From Epithemia pelagica (taxonomy: Eukaryota; Protista; Bacillariophyta): 64,000 nucleotides of DNA. Shown in pieces: positions 1-8,448 of this stretch (the stretch's first letter is position 1; the number at the start of each line of letters is the position of its first letter). Below the pieces are notes generated by a model. That model worked only from the letters and a program-made list of their open reading frames with translations, searched no databases and was not told the origin of the DNA. The position numbers and the translations under genes were made by a program. The stretch is taken from assembly GCA_946965045.2 (NCBI GenBank), contig OX337229.1:2914001-2978000 (forward strand), read 5' to 3'.

Positions 1-917
1 ATAAACAATGGCATCACTATTGGAGAATTTAGAAAGGGATTGCGAAATCACAGTCTTTCCGCAACCAAAAGCTCCAGGTACAGCACAGGTACCACCCAAC
101 ACAGAAGGGAAAAGTCCGTCAATCACACGCAGGCCTGTAATCAAAGGTTGGTTACCGGGAAGCTTTTCCGTGATAGGACGAGGGCGACGCACAGGCCAGA
201 AGTGGCTCAAAGTGAGCTTGTGTGTCTTGTTTTGGGTTTCGTTGAAAACTTCCATAACGACATCATCGACCAAAAAAGTCTCCTTGCCATCCGTGCCGGT
301 CGTGTGGATCTTGGTCACTGTACCAAAAACATTGGGAGGACATAGGATTTTGTGCGAATCGATGATTTCGTTTTCAAAGACAACTCCAATGACATCTCCT
401 CCAGCAACTGGCATGCCTTCCTTGAAGTCACCTGGCGTGAAAGTCCAGCGCTTTTCACGAGTCAAGCAGGGAACATCCACACCTTTAGGGACGTAGACAT
501 CGCCAGATTCTTGGAAAATGTGTTCCAATGGACGTTGGATACCATCAAAGATAGTCTCCATGATACCAGGACCAAGTTCCACGGACAGGGGTTGCTTACG
601 GCGGAGGACGGGGTCACCGACAGTCAAACCTGAGGTATCTTCGTAAACTTGAATAGAGGCGGTGTCACCTTCCAACTTAATAATTTCCCCAACCAACTTG
701 GAGTGGCCCACACGGACCAATTCGTACATAGCAGCTGTGTAGCATCAAATAGAACCACATAACGTAGACATCGTAAGTCAATTTCCTGGAAGTTGATTGC
801 GTCATTGCCCATAAAATTGCTCAGAAACTTACATCCACTCATACCATCGGCAACCACAAGAGGTCCCGAGACCTTGAAGATGAACCCATAATCAGACTCT
901 TTTTCTTCGATACTCAT
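1..917 (-). CDS. ATP6V1A: V-type H+-ATPase catalytic subunit A, 5' part (runs off the window start); exon 1 917-833, intron 832-735, exon 2 from 734
   Basis: Spliced translation [28 protein letters not shown]|[42 protein letters not shown] ... WPVRRPRP ... [25 protein letters not shown], containing the P-loop GAFGCGKT. Intron GTAAG...ACACAG. The ORF track missed the main frame because it is open to the window edge. Confidence 0.97.
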
Positions 918-1380
918 TTTGATATTAACTACCGCCAAACTTCTTTCATTGGTTGGAACAAAGGTCACGAAGACAAAGGTTAGATAGGGCAAAGAGAGAT
1001 ACGACGTTCATGATGCTCCTGTGAAGTTATCTCAAGCATAGAGGAGTCTTCCTCGAGCCATAGCTTCGACCACAGCGAATCACAATCTATCATGTACGCC
1101 TCGCCCATAATCGCCGTTGCGGACCGTTGGATCCAACTTTCTCTCAACAAGAAATCAAAGAATATACATCGTCGGGACCGGAAGTCTCTTCTCTAGCAAC
1201 AGGATCGAGACGTATGCATATCAAGTACCAGCCAATCGCATGTCAATTCAGATTTGCTTGTTCGACAATCGAACTTACCGATATACCAACACAAAGTCAA
1301 TGGACTTGTGATTGAGTCTGTAATGCGTTTGCGACGAAACCAAAGACGAAAAGAAGCAAAGACGAAGTTGTGTAAATAAT

Positions 1381-2095
1381 GGGTCCTTACTGAAATGTTT
1401 TTATCATAAACATAACATAAAACATAAACACAACGCAAATTTTTGTAGGGCTCATAACCCGCTCATAACCTATTGGTTATGTTTAAGTTTATGATTCGTC
1501 GCTTGGTTATGAGGCATGAATTCATGCCTCATAACCGTTGTGTTCAAACATAACACAAAACACATCCGAAAATTTCTCAACGCATGCCCAACACCGGGCA
1601 TGCGCATGAAAATGGACACGAGTTCCCCACCAGATTCATGGGACTCTCTGGTTACACTGGTACGCTGGGTATGTCACTTCCGCTCAAAGCTTGATGAGGA
1701 AGGAAGAAGGAAGAAGGAAGAAGGAAGAAAGAAGAAAGAAGAAAGAAGAAAGAAGAAAGAAGAAAGAAGAAAGAAGAAAGAAGAAAGAAGAAAGAAGAAA
1801 GAAGAAAGAAGAAGGAAGAAGAATCATCAAGCTTGACCATCACACCAGCACCTCTTTTTTGATGCCAAAGAAAAGCAAGGCAAAAGCATAGAGATGCGTC
1901 GGATTGAGGTGGGGGGAAACTTTGGAGAATTTTTGTGTTCCCGCTGTTATGTTTTATGTTTCGCTATTATGTTTTATGTTTCAAAGAGTTTCAGTGGCAT
2001 GAGCAGTCATAAACATAAACATAACATAACGAGGCAAAAACTTTGTGTTTATGTTTTATGTTGTGTTTATGATAAAAACATTTCAGTAAAGACCC
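1381..2095. mobile_element. Non-autonomous MITE (715 bp), PIF/Harbinger(PHIS)-like
   Basis: 53-bp terminal inverted repeats (1381-1433 and 2043-2095; GGGTC(C/T)TTACTGAAATGTTTTTATCATAAACA...; 2 mismatches). AAT at 1378-1380 and 2096-2098 is a 3-bp TSD. Subterminal CATAA(A)C repeats; no transposase ORF. Confidence 0.9.
1696..1823 (+). repeat. 128-nt purine-only tract, mostly (GAAGAAA)n
   Basis: Read directly; lies inside the MITE and is bracketed by the inverted repeat AAGCTTGATGA (1687-1697) / TCATCAAGCTT (1824-1834). Confidence 0.95.
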
Positions 2096-2629
2096 AATAG
2101 TGAAGTCAATTGTACGGCTATAGGACCATCTGTAACTCTGTTGATCGTTGTGTACTCGAAGGCCAGACGGAAAGCGGGACTCAGGTGTTTTTTGACAGAT
2201 CCCGGCAAGTGACCGGGACCAGAGCTGGCATGCTTGGCATCAAGTACCATGTACCATGCTGGCGCACATTCATTGCGGATTGCGGAAGGAAAAATCGTCG
2301 CGCAAACATTGGATGACAAGAAGTGACAACAAAGTGATTGTCACGATATAACCAACAAGACCACAGACGACAGATCAACCAATAACGACACAATACAAAT
2401 CATCAGTGTCAGGTTTTGCTCAAGTAATAACATGAGCTGATTGTACTGTCAACCATCTATACGTATACTTCCCACAAAATCCTTCGTTACGAGCTTTGGT
2501 CATTGCCTTGCAGGTACAAACATCCGTTTATCTAACAATACAAATGAGACTGGCTGCTACGCGATATATGGACATATCAACAACTTTTTCTTCCTTTACG
2601 TCTTGTTTACCTGACTCGTTAGCTGAACC

Positions 2630-5600
2630 ATGTCTATGGTGGCCTGCAATCTGTCTTCTTCTTCTGACGATGATGGTGGTACGGTGGCTTCTCGCCGTGA
2701 TTGTGACGGGTCCACCCCAAAAATTGCTTCCGAGACTCCGGGAAAGACTTGCTCCCAAAGATCAACAAAGTACAATCACCAACCCTCTAGTCAACTGTCG
2801 TTTGCGACAGATAGTGGGCATGGCGATGCCGATGGAGTCTTCCTCCCTGCCATCTCCTCCTCCCGAAATTCAAAGACTGGCAAGGATCGAATTCGATTTC
2901 GAAAAATCAATATTGGCTCATCCCTTTCCCCTACCCCACGAGTCATCGAGAAGCATCCCAAACATCGAAAGTCTAAAGACAAGCTACAAGGAAAACAATA
3001 CCCTCCACGACAACATGGCTCCTTTAGCGAGACTTCGGAGAACAACGAAAGGAAAGGAAGAAAGACAGCTGCCCTCCTTTCAAATTCCAAAAAACACGGC
3101 TCTTCAAGAACAGGGAGAACACCGCAGTCATCGTCGTCATCAGGCATCTATTCAGAACAAAAGACATCTGATAGCGACGACGAGTCACTGGACATCCAAG
3201 TTATTCAGTCGTCGGAAACGGGAACACAACCACCTCGAAAACAAAAGCACAGCACCGGTGTCGGAAGTCAAGGCACGCCATTGAATTCTGTGCAACAACC
3301 AAGTAAAACTAAAAAGAAAAGGACAACCTCCAGCAACAAGGCGAAGCGACAAAGGAGGCGTCTTCAGTCCTTGTCCACCAGCAAGTATCGACGGTCATCA
3401 GCCACAAGCTCTCAACTGGTTGATACTGATGAAGATGTCGAACCCGATGCTCCAGAAAATGACGAGAATTCGGTACAAGTGCTAATGAGAAAACCGATGG
3501 AATCAGACTCTCAAATCAACAACACACATGCGTCTCAAAGGGCTATTGGGTGTACAAACAACAAGAAACGGATTTCTTGCTCCAAGATCACAACTTCCTC
3601 AATGAAATCGAGTAGTTGTTCATCTAGAGAAAGGAAGAACCGATTGTCTAAAGAAAATGCTGGTGAAGACAGTGATTCAGTGGAAACGTTGCCCTTGGCA
3701 GCGGAACCGAAGCCTTCGCCAAGCTTTAGCCTGGCAGTACGACCAAAGGAACTTTGTTTACCGATTCATACCAGTTCTGACAATAAGAAAAGAACACAAC
3801 AGAGAGACAAGGCCTACGCGTCTTTTCCCTCCAGCAGCCCAAACACAGAGAAGCATCACGAACCAGCCCCCAAAAAGAGGCGCATTGCAAAGGATATTCT
3901 GAAAGTGGGTGACCGCATCTCTTACTATCATCCGGCTTTTGTTGCTGGAAATCCAATGGGATTCCGCGATACTACTATATTGGCAGTGACGCCTATTCCT
4001 CTGAATGCCAGCGATGATGTGGATTATTTTCCACTGGAATTGGACAATGCCGAAGTTCTTCCTGCCGATACAAGAGTAAAAAAATTCATGACAGGTAGGG
4101 AACGGCCTATTGACGAGTTTGTTCTGATTGAAGGATCAACTAAATCCAATGATGGTCGTCAAGTATCGGGCCTGCAAAGGCAAGGAGAACGTATGAAAAG
4201 TTTTCTTCGTTCGGCTAATCGGGCCTTGTCTACCGTTCCTGAGCATTTGCAAGACTTGAACCAGTTTCGTGACAAGGGCAGTAGCCAGAGCGACTCGTCC
4301 CTGTTGTTGGACGAAAGTGGTGGCAAATCCCAAGTCGGCGGGAAATCTAAGGAAAATTCAGCAAGCGATTCAAGCTCCTGTGAATCGGCTCCAGCATCAT
4401 CTAAGGTGTGTAGAGGGGCCTGTCCGCCTCTCCTCACTGATGTTTTACAACGGTTAGAGAAGAGAAGCAATGACGACTCTAAACATTCGCCTATGGGAGG
4501 AAGCGACAGCGAATCTTCGACTGAAACACCGACAGTGGTCCGATCTCCACATTTCGCCCACTTGAACATGTCGACAAAGGGATCCATTTCCGGGCAGAAA
4601 CCATCGTGGGCTTCAGAGTTGCGACCGAAAAATGACAATCGAAGCAGTGGGCTTCAAACAACCAGTGATAAGAGAAGGACTCCAAGAAAAACTGGTACTA
4701 ACAATGAAGACACCATGCCCTCACATAGGCTGTTCACGCTGTCCAGGGTAAAGAGCCGTCACTCTACGTCGACAAGTGCATCACAGAAGTCATCAACAAG
4801 TGATTGTTTACCGCTTTCGTTACAAAATATCATTAAGCCTTCGTCTTGTCGCGGTAAAGCAGGAGATCTCAAGCAGTCTCCCTCCAAAACATCTACTGCC
4901 GAGGAGTGCCCGTCTTCCACCGCATCTGACGGGAAACTGATCGAGAACGCTGCTGTGATGACGAAAACTCCCGGTTCGGTCCGGAGCTTCAAAGTATCGT
5001 CCTTGGCCAGTCATGGCCACCAGTCACCGACAAAACCCGGTCCCGAGAAGCTCCCTGCTACTGCTCCTTCTTCGACAGGCGATTTGCACCGTTCGACTTC
5101 CCATAGTACGGAAAGAAAGACGTCCAACCAGACACAGGGACACACCTCCATGCTCAAACATTCATCTCCATGCTACTCGACTTCATCATCGGAGGACTTT
5201 GAGCTTTTGTTGCGGGAGCAACCAAAGAGAAGTAATATGGCAAGAAATCTGAAGGGGTCCTCCTGTCTCAAATCTGTGCCCAAGGGCTCTTCAACACCCA
5301 GTTCAGCTGGGAGTTCCAACTTTTTGTCCGTGAGCCGACATGGCCGTAATTCACCGAGGACCACTGAGTCCCAGAGGGTCCTCAATACGTCGGATGGTCA
5401 GACTGATCACACAAATAGAGCCACGGTGAACAAAGGCACTGACAAGCCTTTCTTTTTGCCCGAGTCTCCTTCATCCGATGAATGGTCCATAAGAGAAGAT
5501 GAGAGACCACGGCCAACAGATACTGTGAACGAAGAACAAGAACAAAGGACTTACACGAAAACCTGCGACAAAGTGAAACCAGGACGGCATCGGTCTGGAT

Positions 5601-6406
5601 CTAGATCGATTTTGCGCACGAATTGTGAAACGTGTGGTCAGAGCAGTTCGTCGGCAGAACAGACGTGTTCGATGCATAAGGTGCAAGGTGAAAATACTGA
5701 GGATTTGTCTAGTAGGAAAGATGGGAAAGCAAGTCAATCTTGTGGTTCTGCTCGGAGACCTCCTCTTGTTGATTTGAGCTCGAACTGTCCAAGCAGCGGT
5801 GTTGAGACAAGTTTCAGGAAGAAGAAAAAGAGAAAGAGTAGTTTCGGGGCACGAGCCGAAGCCAGGAGGAGAAATCTGGCGCTACCAACTGGTGTTGAAG
5901 AGAGCAGACTTGAGACGTTGCCATTGGATATGGAGTGCTTGGAAGACGATGACGACATATCTGCTTTCAGTGGCCCCAGAAACAATGTGCGTGGTAAGGA
6001 CGAAGATAATGTGAGGTCGTCCGTTTTCGACCCTTCCGAAATTGAGCCAGCAGACAACCACGTTTTTGGGACTATGGATAGTTCCAGTGATGAAGACGCT
6101 GGAAATGCAGGGAAAAGACAATCGGTGCTTTCGCGAGGTCGTCTCTCCCGTCGAAGCAACGCCAGTTTGGATTCCTCGATTCGAACATACAGCCAGGGTT
6201 CAAATGGAACATTTAGTTCGTCATCTCCGCCATCAAAGCATCGCGGAAGACCTAACCGAACTTCGAAAGATTCCCTAAGACGACTGGCAAGAATGAACGC
6301 ATGTATTGGCGTAGCAGGCAACAACAGGAGACCTGGAGGCTTGATGCCGCTGAAGCTCAAACCTGTCTCGCACTTGAGTTGCGTAGAGGAAGACGAATTT
6401 CTATAA
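2630..6406 (+). CDS. Large Ser/Lys/Arg-rich, largely disordered protein (1258 aa) with one compact central domain
   Basis: Uninterrupted 3.8-kb ORF with low-complexity S/K/R/D composition. One globular-looking segment: ILKVGDRISYYHPAFVAGNPMGFRDTTILAV...FPLELDNAEVLPADTRVKKF...RPIDEFVLIEG. Confidence 0.85.
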   Translation: MSMVACNLSSSSDDDGGTVASRRDCDGSTPKIASETPGKTCSQRSTKYNHQPSSQLSFATDSGHGDADGVFLPAISSSRNSKTGKDRIRFRKINIGSSLSPTPRVIEKHPKHRKSKDKLQGKQYPPRQHGSFSETSENNERKGRKTAALLSNSKKHGSSRTGRTPQSSSSSGIYSEQKTSDSDDESLDIQVIQSSETGTQPPRKQKHSTGVGSQGTPLNSVQQPSKTKKKRTTSSNKAKRQRRRLQSLSTSKYRRSSATSSQLVDTDEDVEPDAPENDENSVQVLMRKPMESDSQINNTHASQRAIGCTNNKKRISCSKITTSSMKSSSCSSRERKNRLSKENAGEDSDSVETLPLAAEPKPSPSFSLAVRPKELCLPIHTSSDNKKRTQQRDKAYASFPSSSPNTEKHHEPAPKKRRIAKDILKVGDRISYYHPAFVAGNPMGFRDTTILAVTPIPLNASDDVDYFPLELDNAEVLPADTRVKKFMTGRERPIDEFVLIEGSTKSNDGRQVSGLQRQGERMKSFLRSANRALSTVPEHLQDLNQFRDKGSSQSDSSLLLDESGGKSQVGGKSKENSASDSSSCESAPASSKVCRGACPPLLTDVLQRLEKRSNDDSKHSPMGGSDSESSTETPTVVRSPHFAHLNMSTKGSISGQKPSWASELRPKNDNRSSGLQTTSDKRRTPRKTGTNNEDTMPSHRLFTLSRVKSRHSTSTSASQKSSTSDCLPLSLQNIIKPSSCRGKAGDLKQSPSKTSTAEECPSSTASDGKLIENAAVMTKTPGSVRSFKVSSLASHGHQSPTKPGPEKLPATAPSSTGDLHRSTSHSTERKTSNQTQGHTSMLKHSSPCYSTSSSEDFELLLREQPKRSNMARNLKGSSCLKSVPKGSSTPSSAGSSNFLSVSRHGRNSPRTTESQRVLNTSDGQTDHTNRATVNKGTDKPFFLPESPSSDEWSIREDERPRPTDTVNEEQEQRTYTKTCDKVKPGRHRSGSRSILRTNCETCGQSSSSAEQTCSMHKVQGENTEDLSSRKDGKASQSCGSARRPPLVDLSSNCPSSGVETSFRKKKKRKSSFGARAEARRRNLALPTGVEESRLETLPLDMECLEDDDDISAFSGPRNNVRGKDEDNVRSSVFDPSEIEPADNHVFGTMDSSSDEDAGNAGKRQSVLSRGRLSRRSNASLDSSIRTYSQGSNGTFSSSSPPSKHRGRPNRTSKDSLRRLARMNACIGVAGNNRRPGGLMPLKLKPVSHLSCVEEDEFL

Positions 6407-6817
6407 TCAAGGCTTATTATAACATGGAGTAAGCTGAAAAACCGATGTAGAGGTTGGTCAGCGGCATGCATTTGTATGACGGATATAGTCTTCAAGGTCT
6501 TCGTCTTGATCCGCAAGCTCTTCCGAAACGCCATGAGAGCATTCCCGCCAGTGCAAGATCTCGTTAGCTGGCAGGAACATATGTAGTGTAACACCGCGCA
6601 AGACTGTTGCCTGCGCGATAATCCCGCGCATCGTGAGGCCGGCGCCCGGCGCACGCCAAGCCTGTGGACACAATCGCTCCCACAAAATAAACCAAATCGA
6701 AAAAGCAACACAGGGGAAGGTCCACAGCACTTATGAGCGAGAGACATTGAACTGAGGTATCTCACTGTCCTTGCTTTTCCTGATTTTCGCATTGGGGATG
6801 CAGCAAGAAAATCCGGA

Positions 6818-8293
6818 ATGATCCGCGGAAAAGCTGTTTCGTATATCGCGTTCTACGCTGTTTTTCAACTAGTTCTTCTACAGTTCCTTCCGCGTTTTGA
6901 CCGATACGGCAGAGAGCTCGATTACCATGAATCAGTCAGCTTGTTTTCAAATGAGACGTTCAATGAAAGCTTTGTTGCTAAAAATCAAAATCATGATTTG
7001 GCGAAGGCGAGGATTCAAACAATGAGACCACCGAAACATGAAAAAAGGAATGCGACTTCCAGTACTTCATCGAAACGACTCGCCAAGAAAGGGAAAGAGC
7101 ATCTACCCGAAACGAGTGTCATAAACTATACCTGGAAGACGCATCCATTCTGGAATGGGGGGATGTCGAGATACTGCAATTTAATTAATGAACGCTTGCA
7201 GCGCTTGAGTAAAGAAAATCATTCGACACAGCGCAAAGTTGTTGTGAACTTCACGATGCACTGTATCGATCCATACAGTCGATATGGGCTGGGAACAGGG
7301 AATATTGTCATGGCGGTGTATGGACTTCAACTGGCGGCAGCGTCGCACGGCGTAGACTTCTGGTTTGATTGCTCGGATGTTTCCGTGAAGGATTCAAGCC
7401 AATTCTTCAGTCAAAAAGACATGAAGCATCGGCGAAGCCCAGCACACGATGTGCATCCTTTTCTTACCGATGTATTGCCGTGGCTACAAGGATACCACAG
7501 TGCACCCACATCGGATGAACAGCACGAAGTTCCTTGGACACGGTTCGATCCTCCAGTTCCGCCCCGCGAAGTATCGTGTCAAGGCTTTGCCAAGCATCCT
7601 CTCCACTATCAAATAGAAGAGATTCGTCAGGATATGAGAACTCTCGCAGTTCATCTTCTGGGTGACCCGTCACATAAACGTCAACACTCTGTGTCGGTTG
7701 ATGGGGCCTACCATCACATGAAACCTTTAGTTGCCGATGCCGTCGTGGACGATGTCGCAATACACTTCCGTTGTGGTGATATATTGCTGATAAAGACAAA
7801 CACGTACGGAATAGTGAGCTTCGATGCTTACCGGCGTTTGATTTCTCCTCATGCAAGAACGATTGGAATCATTACACAGTCATTTGGTCGTGAGAACAAC
7901 CGTGATCGAGACAAACACACAACCGAGGTTTGTAAGTTCCTCGCATTGGGACTTACGCATTATCTACAGCACCATTTTCCTCGAGCATCTATCTCCATCC
8001 GGAATGGCCCTGGTGAAACTCCTGCCACTGCATATGCTCGTTTGGTATTGGCCAACCAATCGTTTAGCGCCTTAAGCACCTTTTCCTCTTTTCCATCACT
8101 CGCTTCTTCGGGAACTGCTTTCATTCCCAAAGGACGATTGACTTACTTTTGCCCAGCCATTTCAGAGCGCTACAGCAACGTCAAAATGTTTGACGGACAA
8201 GTGTTGACCTCAAACAAATTGCGTGAACTAAGTGATCCACGTGAAATTCTGCGTGCTTTGATGAATCCTAAAAACTTCACACTAAAGGCCTGA
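6818..8293 (+). CDS. Type II membrane protein, putative glycosyltransferase (alpha-1,2-fucosyltransferase/GT11-like motif)
   Basis: N-terminal TM anchor (YIAFYAVFQLVLLQFL), then GLGTGN, DDVAIHFRCGD (resembles the GT11 HxRRGD motif) and LANQSFSALSTFSSF. Confidence 0.65.
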   Translation: MIRGKAVSYIAFYAVFQLVLLQFLPRFDRYGRELDYHESVSLFSNETFNESFVAKNQNHDLAKARIQTMRPPKHEKRNATSSTSSKRLAKKGKEHLPETSVINYTWKTHPFWNGGMSRYCNLINERLQRLSKENHSTQRKVVVNFTMHCIDPYSRYGLGTGNIVMAVYGLQLAAASHGVDFWFDCSDVSVKDSSQFFSQKDMKHRRSPAHDVHPFLTDVLPWLQGYHSAPTSDEQHEVPWTRFDPPVPPREVSCQGFAKHPLHYQIEEIRQDMRTLAVHLLGDPSHKRQHSVSVDGAYHHMKPLVADAVVDDVAIHFRCGDILLIKTNTYGIVSFDAYRRLISPHARTIGIITQSFGRENNRDRDKHTTEVCKFLALGLTHYLQHHFPRASISIRNGPGETPATAYARLVLANQSFSALSTFSSFPSLASSGTAFIPKGRLTYFCPAISERYSNVKMFDGQVLTSNKLRELSDPREILRALMNPKNFTLKA

Positions 8294-8448
8294 AAGTCTG
8301 CAAATGGTACGAACCAAAACCCAGAGATTTCAGCTGTGACATCTAAATATTACGTTGTGCAGAATCGAGCAAAACTTGTAAATACGGCAAGATCTATAGA
8401 TCGCCATGAGCAAACTCTTTCTTCCTCGACCATCGATGAAATGTCAGA

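Noticed and set aside
1-30. Possible VMA1-type intein in V-ATPase A
   Set aside because: The canonical insertion site lies just beyond the window edge (the sequence ends at SDAIVY), so it cannot be assessed.
1516-1891. K/E/R-rich and F/S/L-rich ORFs (1516-1836, 1652-1843, 1691-1891)
   Set aside because: They are translations of the stop-free GAAGAAA tract inside the MITE, not genes.
5734-6792. 352-aa minus-strand ORF
   Set aside because: Largely antisense to the 1258-aa ORF, with no recognisable motifs.
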